This document shows positions 48,264-58,175 of a stretch of 64,000 nt of DNA, one piece after another. The position numbers and the translations under genes are program-made. Each line of letters begins with the position of its first letter. The first letter of the stretch is position 1. Origin of the DNA: Thermoproteota archaeon (GTDB lineage: Archaea; Korarchaeota; Korarchaeia; Korarchaeales; Korarchaeaceae); NCBI GenBank assembly GCA_027491435.1, contig JAOZFG010000017.1:32001-96000 (forward strand). The letters run 5' to 3'. Below the pieces are notes generated by a model, which saw only the letters and a list, made by a program, of their open reading frames with translations, ran no database searches and was not told the DNA's origin.

Positions 48264-49752
48264 GTATGGGCTTCCTGTTGGCCAGAGTCTCATCCAACCT
48301 CCTCACGGAAGAGTTCTTTGGGGCCCTCTTAAGAGCTTCAGAATCCTCCATGGCCAGCTCCCTTATTTCTTTCATAGCCTTGACGTACTCATCTATTTCC
48401 TCCAAGCTATCCGACTCTGTGGGCTCCATCATAAACGCCTCCTTGACTATAAGCGGGAAGTATATGGTGGGCGGGTGCAGCCCCCTATCTATTAGGGCCT
48501 TGGCTACGTCGAGGGCCCTCACGCCATACTCCTTGAGGTCCTCCAGCGTTAATACGAACTCGTGCTTACAGGGCCTTTCCTTACCATAGGCCACCTTGTA
48601 ACCGTAGTCTACTAGTTTTCTTCTAGCGTAGTTAGCGTTTAGCACCGCTATAGAGGACACCTTCCTGAGACCTTCGGTTCCAATCATCTTAAGATATGCC
48701 CAAGATTTTATTAGAACTTCGGAATTTCCATAGAATGTTCTTATCTTTCCAATGGTTTTAGGAACATTATAATCAAAATAGAACTTATTTCCAGACTTTT
48801 TAATCAGAGGAACTGGCAGGAAGTCTTTCAGGTCCTCTGTCACACCTACGGCTCCTGCGCCCGGGCCTCCCCCTCCGTGAGGGGCCGCAAACGTCTTGTG
48901 CATGTTAAGGTGGGCTACGTCCACTCCCATATCAGATAGCCTAACCCACCCCAGTATTGCGTTTAAGTTAGCGCCATCGTAGTAGATTAGACCTCCTGCA
49001 GAATGAATCAAGTCGCTTATCTCTAGTATGTCCGATTCAAATATCCCCAGGGTATTCGGGTTAGTTATCATTATGCCGGCAGTCCTCTCCCCTACTACAG
49101 CCCTAAGGGCGTCTATGTCTATAGTACCCTCGCTAGACGTGGGCACCTTTATCACCCTAAAGCCCGCCATGGCTGCGGAGGCGAAGTTAGACCCGTGAGC
49201 TGAGACCGGTATTATCATCTCGTCTCTTTGCCTCTCTCCCTCGTCTAGGTGCTTGGCCCTTATGATAAGTGCGCCCACGAACTCCCCCTGAGCTCCAGCA
49301 GCTGGCTGCAGAGTGTAATGGGGAAGTCCAGTTATGGAGGATAGCATCTCCTGTAACTCGTACATAATCCTGAGGATATGTTGAGCTGCCTCAGTTGGGA
49401 TGAACGGGTGTAGCCTCCTCACCCTGTCGCTGCTAGCTATCCTCATGGCGGCTTTGGGGTTGTATTTCATGGTGCAGGATCCTAGCCAGTAAGAGCCGCT
49501 ATCCACCCCATAATTCATCTGAGCTAGTCTGCTGAAATGTCTGGCCACCTGGGGTTCGGCCATGCCGGGAAGGTTTATCTCCTTCCTTTTCATGTTCTCC
49601 GGTATCAGTTCGTCAGTTTCACCTACAATAGAGATTATGTCTGGGTCAGGCTCAGCGATTTTAGTCCCTCCTCTGCCCAAGACGCCTAGTTCGAATACCG
49701 TAGGCTCTAGGACTTCATTAGACTTCCTCCAGGTGGCCTGCCTGAATTTCAT
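48223..49752 (-). CDS. gcvPB: glycine dehydrogenase (decarboxylating) subunit 2
   Basis: LGSCTMKYNP, HLNMHKTF..PHGGGGPG, PT.YFP, EPTES. Confidence 0.97.
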   Translation of the reverse strand: MKFRQATWRKSNEVLEPTVFELGVLGRGGTKIAEPDPDIISIVGETDELIPENMKRKEINLPGMAEPQVARHFSRLAQMNYGVDSGSYWLGSCTMKYNPKAAMRIASSDRVRRLHPFIPTEAAQHILRIMYELQEMLSSITGLPHYTLQPAAGAQGEFVGALIIRAKHLDEGERQRDEMIIPVSAHGSNFASAAMAGFRVIKVPTSSEGTIDIDALRAVVGERTAGIMITNPNTLGIFESDILEISDLIHSAGGLIYYDGANLNAILGWVRLSDMGVDVAHLNMHKTFAAPHGGGGPGAGAVGVTEDLKDFLPVPLIKKSGNKFYFDYNVPKTIGKIRTFYGNSEVLIKSWAYLKMIGTEGLRKVSSIAVLNANYARRKLVDYGYKVAYGKERPCKHEFVLTLEDLKEYGVRALDVAKALIDRGLHPPTIYFPLIVKEAFMMEPTESDSLEEIDEYVKAMKEIRELAMEDSEALKRAPKNSSVRRLDETLANRKPILTWRMYIKLKASR

Positions 49753-51110
49753 GAGCAGAACCCCCGCAGGTTATCTATTAGCTCATCAATGTCCCTCTTG
49801 CAGTGCCTCTCAGTTGTGGCTAGTATAGCTAGGCTCTCAGGGAACTCCTTGTAAATCGTTGAGGGAACGAAGCCTCCAGCTATCCCTTTGTACAAGAGGT
49901 GCAAGTTAACTTCCTTCCAGCTTGGGCCTTCAGAGACAACCGGCAGATCCCTAAAGAACTTGGATTTGAATGGAACCTTAAAACAGGGCAATTCTTCTAT
50001 GGAACGTCTCAAATACTCGGTGTTTAGAAGTATCTTCCTTCCTAGATCCCTCAAGCCATCCGGGCCTAGAAGGGAGAGGTAGATCGCTGCCCTTAAGGCC
50101 ATTAGCTGGGAGTTTGTGGTTATGTTAGAAGTGGCCTCCTCCTGCCTTATGTGTTGCTCTCTAGACTGCAACACCATCATGTAACTCCTAGTTCCCTCTA
50201 AGTCCTTAGTCATTCCGATAAGTCGGCCAGGAACTTGCCTTATCATCTTTCTGGTGGACTTAATAGCAAATATTCCTAGGGATGGCCCCCCGAAGTTCAG
50301 ATAACCTCCTAAGGATTGTCCCTCGCCCACAACCACGTCGGCTCCGTAATCGCCGGGGGGCCGGATCACTCCCAGGGAAATGGGCTCGACGCCAACCACG
50401 AAGAGTCCGCCTTTCTCATGAACTAGATCTGCAACTTCCTCTGCCTCCTCCTCTATGATCCCGAAGAAGTTCGGGTTCTCCAGGTACACCATTGCAGTAT
50501 CTTCATTTAATTGGGCCTCTAGGCTAGCTAGAGAGATCCTTCCCGTCTCCTCATCGTAGGGTACGCTCACCAGCTCGACGTCTAGAGGACTAACATAAGT
50601 GCTGAGGACCGATAACCTCTCAGGATTGGCGTTCTTCGCGTAGATTATTCTCTTTCTCTTGGTAACCCTCATTGAAAATCTGGCCGCCTCCCCTAGGGCA
50701 GATCCAGAGTCATAGAGCGAGGCGTTGACCACGTCCATGTCTAGCAACTCTGCCATGAGAGATTGGTACTCGAATATGGCTTGCAACAATCCCTGAGAAA
50801 TCTCTGGCTGGTAAGGGGTGTAGGATGTGTAGAACTCCTGCTTAGAGACTATCTCATCGACTATGGCTGGAACGTAGTGATCTGCGATACCTCCTCCTGT
50901 GAAGGACAATCTGATCTCTGGAACCGAAGATGTAATCGACTCAAATAGTGAGCTCAAGTCCGCCTCCTTGAGAGGTGAACCTATCTCTGGGGGGTTACTC
51001 AACAATATCTCGTTGGGGACGTCGGAGTATAGCTCTTTTATGTCTTTTACGCCGATATAGCTCAACATAATCCTAATTGTTTCAGGATCATCATTCGGTA
51101 TTAGGCCCAT
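49749..51110 (-). CDS. gcvPA: glycine dehydrogenase (decarboxylating) subunit 1
   Basis: YTPYQPEISQG.LQ, NASLYD, FGGP, REQHIR...ATSNI. Confidence 0.97.
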   Translation of the reverse strand: MGLIPNDDPETIRIMLSYIGVKDIKELYSDVPNEILLSNPPEIGSPLKEADLSSLFESITSSVPEIRLSFTGGGIADHYVPAIVDEIVSKQEFYTSYTPYQPEISQGLLQAIFEYQSLMAELLDMDVVNASLYDSGSALGEAARFSMRVTKRKRIIYAKNANPERLSVLSTYVSPLDVELVSVPYDEETGRISLASLEAQLNEDTAMVYLENPNFFGIIEEEAEEVADLVHEKGGLFVVGVEPISLGVIRPPGDYGADVVVGEGQSLGGYLNFGGPSLGIFAIKSTRKMIRQVPGRLIGMTKDLEGTRSYMMVLQSREQHIRQEEATSNITTNSQLMALRAAIYLSLLGPDGLRDLGRKILLNTEYLRRSIEELPCFKVPFKSKFFRDLPVVSEGPSWKEVNLHLLYKGIAGGFVPSTIYKEFPESLAILATTERHCKRDIDELIDNLRGFCS

Positions 51111-51811
51111 GTGCACCCAAACATTGACGGGGCGGGAAAGATAATACGTTGTCGAAAGCACTGACACCAACTTAAGTGTACTAGGTAAGCTTATTTAATC
51201 AAACACTATTTCCCATTTCCCTATAAAAATTTAAAGGTTATGCGGTTAAATTATAACAAAGTACTCATTTAAGTAAGGACAGCGAGTTAAGGGAAGGTAT
51301 TTATTAGTAACAGGTAGAGGCTGAGAGGTCTTAAGACAATGCCCTCTTTTACAGCTCGGTATATATTCTCAATATCAACTCGAGCGTTACAAAACGCCGT
51401 TATAAGAGCGGAGTTGAAATGCATCCTCTAGTATATACCGAGCAGTTAAACGTAAATTAGCTGGCCAGCCTGGTGGGCTGTTAATTGGCTATCTTATATG
51501 GTAGAAAGGATTGTCATGAGAACTTCTACTATATACGCCCATTCATGACTTTATCATGTTATGTATCTCTTTAAGGATACAACAATCAAAGTGTTGTGAA
51601 AGTTAATTAAAAGTTATGCATCATAATCCGCAATTATTCCGATAATTATTTAATGATTTCCTCATATTTAGAATTTATTTTAAATTTTATTGTGATTGAT
51701 ATTAATATATTGCCTGTATTTCTTGATTAATACAAGTTGAATGAACCTTGACCTCAGGACGCCTTCTCATCCATTCATATACCCTCACTGGTGACCTTGG
51801 CGGTGATTTCG

Positions 51812-51973
51812 ATGGTGGTGATCTCACTACACGTCCCCCCTCCTCTAGCTGAGGAGTTGGAGAGGTTGGTGAAGGAGGCCGGATATACCAGCAAGAGTGA
51901 GGCCATAAGAGAGGCGATAAGGCTCCTGATAAGGGAGCACAGGAAGAAGGTTAGAGGAGGTGTTGCCACTTGA
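51812..51973 (+). CDS. cdrS: ribbon-helix-helix regulator CdrS-like
   Basis: ISLHVP..L...L..LV...GY.S.SEAIR.AIR; overlaps the ftsZ2 start. Confidence 0.8.
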   Translation: MVVISLHVPPPLAEELERLVKEAGYTSKSEAIREAIRLLIREHRKKVRGGVAT

Positions 51974-53214
51974 GCCTTAACATGAAGTACTCGTCCCCAG
52001 CTAAGGAAATGGCTGAGATGTTCAGTAAAATACTCGACATACCAGTTCTTGGAAACAACAAGGTCAAAGGCTTCGTCCCAGAGGTTAGCGATGTGGGCAG
52101 CGATGTGAGTAGTGAAGGCTTAAGCGGGGAGTCCGAAGTAGGTCAGGGAAACATAGTCATCGTAGGGGTAGGAGGGTGCGGCTCCAACACCGTGGAAACC
52201 ATAGCCAAGCTCAAGGTCAAGGGAATAAAGTTGGTGGCCATAAACACTGACAAGCATCACTTAGACGGGGTGGAGGTTCCTAACAAGATACTCATAGGAG
52301 AGAGCATAACCAACGGGCTTGGGGCCGGTGGCATACCAGAAGTCGCCAGGGCCTGCGCCGAACATGACGCACACAAGATATCAGAAGCCCTGGGCAGTAG
52401 ACCTGACCTAGTGTTCATAGCCGCTGGCATGGGTGGAGGGACGGGAACTGGAGCCGCTCCCGTGGTCGCTAAGATAGCCAAGGATAAAGGTGCAAAGGTA
52501 GTTGGCTTCGTCACCATGCCTTTCAGGACCGAGGGCAGACACAAGATGAGGATCGCTCAAGAGGGCGTCAAACAGCTTAGGAAGTGGGCAGACACCGTTG
52601 TCCTGATATCTAACGATAAGCTGTTACAGCTTGCTGGCGACCTATCAGTTGACGAGGCTTTCAAGATGGCTGACCTCACCCTGGCCACCATGGTCAAGGG
52701 AATAGCTGAGATAATATGGAGGAGGACTATGATGAACATAGACTTAAATGACATAAAGCTGTTGATGAGCGCCGGTGGAGTTGCTGCAGTGGGAATTGGG
52801 CAATCAAGCGATCCCAAGAGAAGGGCCTCTGAGGCCGTTAAGATGGCCCTTAAAAATCAGTTGATAGACATATCGCCGGACGGCGCTAAGGGTGCCCTGA
52901 TAGTCGTATACGGGGGTAACCTTAAGTTAAATGAGGTCTACGAGATAAGCGAGATAGTTACCTCCAGAATGTCTAGCGACGCGATAGTCAAGATAGGGGC
53001 TGACATAGACCCTAGCCTTGGGGATACCCTCAGGGTAATCCTCTTGTTGACCGGGGTTAAATCCCCTGATATACTGGGAGGGAATTTCATAGCCCCTAAG
53101 AAGTCCGTGCTCACGCCTGCCTCACTAAGTGGGGACGGCGGGTTCAGGTTCAATAAAGAGATAGACATAGATAGCATATCGGACATCCTAGGAGGGGAGC
53201 TGGGTTTCATATAA
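51970..53214 (+). CDS. ftsZ2: cell division protein FtsZ2
   Basis: GVGGCGSN, AGMGGGTGTGAAP, NIDLND. Confidence 0.95.
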   Translation: MSLNMKYSSPAKEMAEMFSKILDIPVLGNNKVKGFVPEVSDVGSDVSSEGLSGESEVGQGNIVIVGVGGCGSNTVETIAKLKVKGIKLVAINTDKHHLDGVEVPNKILIGESITNGLGAGGIPEVARACAEHDAHKISEALGSRPDLVFIAAGMGGGTGTGAAPVVAKIAKDKGAKVVGFVTMPFRTEGRHKMRIAQEGVKQLRKWADTVVLISNDKLLQLAGDLSVDEAFKMADLTLATMVKGIAEIIWRRTMMNIDLNDIKLLMSAGGVAAVGIGQSSDPKRRASEAVKMALKNQLIDISPDGAKGALIVVYGGNLKLNEVYEISEIVTSRMSSDAIVKIGADIDPSLGDTLRVILLLTGVKSPDILGGNFIAPKKSVLTPASLSGDGGFRFNKEIDIDSISDILGGELGFI

Positions 53215-54313
53215 CCTTTATAACCACCTCCTCCCTATATCCCGTTATAACCCTGGCGTAACCCCTAAACTTCTCGTTCACTTCCTCCTCGTCCAGGTCT
53301 ACGATCAAGTGGTCAACCCCTTCCACCTTATCCGGGGTGGCTACGATTATAAGGTCGCTTTTATCGATCCTCCTCAGCGCCGGGGTCAATTGCACGTTTC
53401 CCCTACCTAGGAGTACCCCAGTGCCGCCTATTGGAGTCACTATGACCTTGATCTTGGAATGAGAGCTAACAATCTCCTCCATCTGCTTCACATCAACGTT
53501 AAGCCATTCAGTGCCCCTGGAGTAGGCATCTACTCCCGTAATTGATTTCTTAAGCCCCATCTTTTCCGCTACGAACTTGACCGTACTTCCGGGACCCAGG
53601 ATTAGTAGGTCCCAATCTCCTAGAACTTCTAAGAGGTAGCGATATATCCCTTCCAGGGCCGCCTTAGGGTGCTGTTTAAAGTCCTTGCTTCTTTGGACTG
53701 AGGGAGCCAGGGGAACCTTCATGTAGCCATAAAGCCTGGGAGACACGATACCCCTCCTATAAGAGGACTCGTCCACGTCCACTACTTCCCTCTCATCCAC
53801 ATCGAGTAACCCCCTTACGTAGAGGGCAGCTATCTCCCCTGCTGCCTCTGGAGTCTCAGCGAACACCCCTGAGAACACCTTTACCCCCGAGGGGATTCCC
53901 AGTACCACAACACCCCCGTTAACCGCTGACAAGATGTCTCTGGCGGTGCCGTCCCCTCCGGAGAAAAGGAGGAGATCCACTCCTTTATCGGCCAGTTCCT
54001 CCGCTGACAGTAGGGTATCCTCCCCAGTGGTAACTTTCTTGGGTTTGTAGCTTATCTCCCTCCACATATTTTTAAGGCCCGCTATTTCCACTGATTTCTC
54101 CCCCATTAAACCTCTTGGCGATAGTATCATCACTTTCTCGTTAGATAAGCTATTCTTAAAGCTGATTAGCGCCTTGGAGGCTCTCTCAACCGATCTTAAC
54201 GGAATTCCCATGTCAACAGCTTTAGATACGACCTCTGGCCTATCGCTTCCCCCTTCCGCCAGGTAACCTCCTAGGCCAGCTATTGGGTTCACGATCAGGC
54301 CCACTTTCTTCAT
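53207..54313 (-). CDS. ATP-NAD/AcoX kinase family protein
   Basis: IVNPIAG.GG, GGDGTARD, GIPSGVK..SGVF, LGRGN.Q. Confidence 0.88.
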   Translation of the reverse strand: MKKVGLIVNPIAGLGGYLAEGGSDRPEVVSKAVDMGIPLRSVERASKALISFKNSLSNEKVMILSPRGLMGEKSVEIAGLKNMWREISYKPKKVTTGEDTLLSAEELADKGVDLLLFSGGDGTARDILSAVNGGVVVLGIPSGVKVFSGVFAETPEAAGEIAALYVRGLLDVDEREVVDVDESSYRRGIVSPRLYGYMKVPLAPSVQRSKDFKQHPKAALEGIYRYLLEVLGDWDLLILGPGSTVKFVAEKMGLKKSITGVDAYSRGTEWLNVDVKQMEEIVSSHSKIKVIVTPIGGTGVLLGRGNVQLTPALRRIDKSDLIIVATPDKVEGVDHLIVDLDEEEVNEKFRGYARVITGYREEVVIKVI

Positions 54314-54350
54314 TGTATCCCATGATATAGCTTAGCCCGCACCATTAAAG

Positions 54351-55925
54351 ATGTGTGAGGGGGTGGCTGGACACTTTCCTTACCCGAAGTACAGGCCGGG
54401 GCAGCTTGACTTAGTGAAGACCATCTGTGAGTCTATCCAGAGTGGGGGAATTCATGCAATTGAGGCCCCTAACGGTATAGGGAAGACCTCCTCCATATTG
54501 ACGAACGTAGCTTACTATGTTAAGGAGGGCTTGGTTGATGGTTTCATTTACCTGGTTAGAACTCACAGACAAATAGATAGGGTGCTTGATGAGCTCCCTC
54601 ACTTCAATTTAAAGGTGGCACCTCTCAGAGGTAAGGGAGAACTTTGTTTAATGGGATTCGCTAAGGAGGAGGTCTATGAAGCTTGTAATGAAGTCAGGAG
54701 ATCTGGGAGGTGTAAGTTCTCCAGATATGTAGATGATAAGGCTCCTTTGAGGGTGCAGGAGCTCATTGAAAGGTCTCTTCAACTTAAGACCTGTCCTTAC
54801 TATTGGTCTTTAAGGCGGCTAGGGTACTCGGAGCTCGTTGTAGCTCCAATAAATTACTTGTTGGAGGAGGAGCCCTGGAGGATGCTGTCTGAGTGGTTAA
54901 AGGGTAGGGATATAGTCCTCGTGGTGGATGAGGCACACAACTTGAGCAGGCACCTGATAAGCTCCCAGGTTAGACGGATAGACCTCAATCTAACGATCTA
55001 TGAGGAGATCAGGAAGGCCGGCGTTGATTTTATAGAGGTGCCTAAGGATTACGCCCAGAAGGCGTTAGGGTTAGAGGTGGAGGGCAGGCTTTTCGTGGAC
55101 GGGGATGGAAACTCCCTGACCTTATTGGATTTGCCCGATAAGAGGGAGAGGCTCAGGTCTTTTTACGCTGCTATCTTGGTATCTGGCACCTGGGGACCAG
55201 ACAGGCTAGTGAGCAGAGAAGTGGGCGTCAGGTTAAAGGTGAAGAGGATTTCCCCGGACTGGGGGTCTAATGCCATTGTTTTAGTGACTGAGGACCTGAC
55301 CACCAGGTATTCGGAAAGGGAGCGTAGCCTGAAAATGATTTATGAGATGGTAGTGGGCGTCGTCAACTCGATAGAGGGCAATGTAGGGGTGTTCACCCCA
55401 TCCTATGATATAATAAATTACTTCAGGGAGATGGGGTTGGAGGACCACGTGAATAAGCCTGTATACTATGAGAACGATTCCAACAACTCCGTGGAGGAGT
55501 TCAAGTCGATGGCCGACAAGGGAGGGGCCGTCCTATTAGGAGTTCAGAGCGGGAGGATAAGCGAGGGAGTTGATTTCCCTGGAAATGAGATGATCGCCTC
55601 GGTCGTCGTAGGGCTTCAGCTCCCTAGGCCTGGATTAGAACAAAGGCTTAGGAGGGTCGTCGAGCTCAACTTGTTCGGGGAGAGCGGAGAGATTGAGTTA
55701 CTGCACGCTGTCAGGTCAGCGAGTCAGGCGGCTGGTAGGTGCGTTAGAGGACCTGAAGACGCTGGCTTTATAGTGTTGGCAGATTATAGGTTCTTGATGG
55801 ACAATGTCAGGCCCATGCTCCCCTACTGGATGCTCAGGAAGATGACCCCTGTATCCTCTAAAGAGGTCCCTAAGTTGGCTAAGTCATTCAATAGGTTGAT
55901 AGGGAATGTTCAAACCGGGCCTTAA
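54351..55925 (+). CDS. xpd: XPD/Rad3-like Fe-S DNA helicase
   Basis: EAP.G.GKT, four Cys including CPYY, DEAHN, SEGVDF, QAAGR..R. Confidence 0.9.
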   Translation: MCEGVAGHFPYPKYRPGQLDLVKTICESIQSGGIHAIEAPNGIGKTSSILTNVAYYVKEGLVDGFIYLVRTHRQIDRVLDELPHFNLKVAPLRGKGELCLMGFAKEEVYEACNEVRRSGRCKFSRYVDDKAPLRVQELIERSLQLKTCPYYWSLRRLGYSELVVAPINYLLEEEPWRMLSEWLKGRDIVLVVDEAHNLSRHLISSQVRRIDLNLTIYEEIRKAGVDFIEVPKDYAQKALGLEVEGRLFVDGDGNSLTLLDLPDKRERLRSFYAAILVSGTWGPDRLVSREVGVRLKVKRISPDWGSNAIVLVTEDLTTRYSERERSLKMIYEMVVGVVNSIEGNVGVFTPSYDIINYFREMGLEDHVNKPVYYENDSNNSVEEFKSMADKGGAVLLGVQSGRISEGVDFPGNEMIASVVVGLQLPRPGLEQRLRRVVELNLFGESGEIELLHAVRSASQAAGRCVRGPEDAGFIVLADYRFLMDNVRPMLPYWMLRKMTPVSSKEVPKLAKSFNRLIGNVQTGP

Positions 55926-56358
55926 CCTAGTGATAGTCCCTAATGAGGAAGAGCTGTTCAGAATAATAAGCACAGTCGTCAAGCTCAGCGAGGGAAACGT
56001 CGTCTCCCTATTAGCCTCTCACTACCTCTCGTTAAAACTTTCCTACACTTTAGACAGCGAAGGCAGGAACTTCTACATGGTGAAGGTAGGAGGAGACACG
56101 TTGAGGGCCACAATCGTGTTCACAGGATATCTTTCAAGAGAGGATGTGGGAATGGGAGTCATCGACGATTTAGCGCTACGATTGACTGCATCACCGCCTG
56201 GGCTGGCTTTCAGGGGGTTAGCTTTTACAACAGCCCTCATCAGGTGGGCCTCGTTGGAGAGCGGGAAACCATGCGTTTGGGTGATAACCTCCGATCAGGG
56301 GGGTCTATTTTTAAAGATAATTGGACGGCTTTTAGACCGAGTGATTTACGCCCTGTGA
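55906..56358 (+). CDS. hypothetical protein, possible degenerate RecA-fold
   Basis: Walker-B-like GVIDD and C-terminal D.VI; no Walker A. Confidence 0.45.
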   Translation: MFKPGLNLVIVPNEEELFRIISTVVKLSEGNVVSLLASHYLSLKLSYTLDSEGRNFYMVKVGGDTLRATIVFTGYLSREDVGMGVIDDLALRLTASPPGLAFRGLAFTTALIRWASLESGKPCVWVITSDQGGLFLKIIGRLLDRVIYAL

Positions 56359-56368
56359 GGTTAAGATT

Positions 56369-56851
56369 ATGTGGAGCCCTCTAGACTACCTGCTGAGTGC
56401 CTTGTACTACATACTGCCAGCATACGTGGCCAATATGACTCCGGTAGTCTTTGGAGGGGGAAAGCCCATAGACCTGGGGAAGAACTTTGTCGATGGAAAG
56501 AGGATCCTGGGGGATCACAAGACGATTAGAGGGTTCTTATCAGGGGTGTTAGCTGGCACGTTAGTCGGAGTTTTTCAGGGGAGGCCCCTTTGCGGCCTTC
56601 TGTTATCACTGGGAGCCATGCTTGGTGACATGATGGGCTCTTTCTTCAAGAGGAGGGTTGACATTAAGCCGGGAGAATCGGCCCCCTTGTTGGATCAAGA
56701 GGGCTTCGTGATGGTAGCGCTGGCCTTATGCATGCCCTTTGAACCCTTAACCTTGATGGAGATACTGATCATAGTTCTAATAACTCCTCCGCTTCACTTA
56801 CTAGCTAACATGCTGGCCTATTTACTGGGGTTCAAGGGTGTAAGGCACTGA
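56369..56851 (+). CDS. carS: CDP-archaeol synthase
   Basis: PAY.AN, P.D.G..F.DG.R.LG..KT.RG, GD..GSF.KRR, LDQ. Confidence 0.93.
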   Translation: MWSPLDYLLSALYYILPAYVANMTPVVFGGGKPIDLGKNFVDGKRILGDHKTIRGFLSGVLAGTLVGVFQGRPLCGLLLSLGAMLGDMMGSFFKRRVDIKPGESAPLLDQEGFVMVALALCMPFEPLTLMEILIIVLITPPLHLLANMLAYLLGFKGVRH

Positions 56852-57726
56852 TGAACGTTGAAGAGCTCCTGAAGAAGTTGAAGGAGAGAGGGATTGATGT
56901 AAATGAGGCGCTAAGCTTAACCCCGAGAGAGCTGGCCGAAATGCTTAGAGTGGATAGGAAGGTAGCCAAGGTCCTACTTGAGGAGCTTTCTAGGAGAACC
57001 GTCGATCTGGTCAGCGCTGACAAGCTCCTGCCCGCCTCTCAGATAAAGCTCTCCACCGGTGTATCCGACTTGGACAGGGCCTTGAGGGGAGGGCTCCCCC
57101 TGGGATCCATAAACTTAATTTATGGACCCCCTGGATCTGGGAAGACGCAACTGGTCATGTTCTTAACTGTTAGATCCCTGCTTCCGCTTGAGGAGGGGGG
57201 AATAAACTCAGAGGTTAGCGTCTACATCGACACCGAAGGTTCTTTCTCGGCTGAAAGGTTGTCTAAAATTGCCGAGGCCATGTCTGTAAAGGAAGCGCTT
57301 GACAGGGTCTTAGTGATGAAGGTATCAGGCCCAGTTCAGCTGAAAGAGGCTATCAAGAAAGTCATTAGGATGGAAAAGATCAAGTTCATTTCAGTAGATT
57401 CCATATCAGCTCCCTTTAAGGGCTACACCGGCCTGAGTCAGTTGCCAGAGAGGCAAAGTGAGCTAGCTTCAATCCTGAGGTACTTCAGAAATTTCTCCGA
57501 TAGAGGGGGGATAGTTACCTTAACTTCCCACGTCACTGGAGGAAAGGAGGATCTGAGGCCTCTGGGTGGGTACTTAATAGGCCACATGCCTCAGAACGTT
57601 TTCTACTTGAGGAGGGTCAGGAGGGACATAAGGCTCTTAAAGGTCGTCTCCTCCCCCTACCTCCCGCCTACCGAGGCAGTCTTTAGGATAACGGATAGGG
57701 GCATTGAGGACCTGCATAAAAGTTAA
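56851..57726 (+). CDS. RadA/Rad51 family recombinase paralog
   Basis: STG...LD..L.GG, GPPGSGKTQ, YIDTEG.F, VDS, SP.LP..E..F.I...GI. Confidence 0.85.
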   Translation: MNVEELLKKLKERGIDVNEALSLTPRELAEMLRVDRKVAKVLLEELSRRTVDLVSADKLLPASQIKLSTGVSDLDRALRGGLPLGSINLIYGPPGSGKTQLVMFLTVRSLLPLEEGGINSEVSVYIDTEGSFSAERLSKIAEAMSVKEALDRVLVMKVSGPVQLKEAIKKVIRMEKIKFISVDSISAPFKGYTGLSQLPERQSELASILRYFRNFSDRGGIVTLTSHVTGGKEDLRPLGGYLIGHMPQNVFYLRRVRRDIRLLKVVSSPYLPPTEAVFRITDRGIEDLHKS

Positions 57727-57758
57727 AGGGAAAGCCCTCTACATCTCCATGATCCGAC

Positions 57759-58175
57759 ATGAACCCTCGAGATAGATTTTACACTAAGACCCATGAGTGG
57801 GTTAAGATAGAGGGTGATATTGCGGTTGTTGGGATAACCTCACACGCAATAGAGCAGTTAGGTGATATAACGTACGTGGAAATTAAGCCCGTGGGAACGG
57901 AGGTAAAGCAAGGTGAGCCCCTAGGAGACATAGAGAGCAGTAAAACTGCCGATAAGATATACGCCCCCGTGTCGGGGGTGATATTGGAGGTGAACAAGGG
58001 AGCCGGTATTTCCACAGAGGAAGAGGAAGGCGACGAGGAGGGCCTTGAGAAGCTATCGGATGACCCTTACGGGGAGGGTTGGATCGTCAAAATCAAGGTG
58101 AAGGACCCTGAGGAAGTAGAGAACCTCATGAGGGCTGAGGAGTACGAGGAATTCCTGGAAAGGGAAGCCCATTGA
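57759..58175 (+). CDS. gcvH: glycine cleavage system H protein
   Basis: HEWV, GIT..A...LGD, IES.K (lipoyl Lys), DPYG.GW. Confidence 0.95.
   Translation: MNPRDRFYTKTHEWVKIEGDIAVVGITSHAIEQLGDITYVEIKPVGTEVKQGEPLGDIESSKTADKIYAPVSGVILEVNKGAGISTEEEEGDEEGLEKLSDDPYGEGWIVKIKVKDPEEVENLMRAEEYEEFLEREAH

Noticed and set aside
51285-51360. GGCTGAGAGG as a possible TPP riboswitch, or CTCTCAG on the minus strand as a glycine riboswitch upstream of gcvPA
   Set aside because: The TPP ACCTGAT...GCG.AGGGA half and the glycine GGAGA/GAAGG elements are absent.
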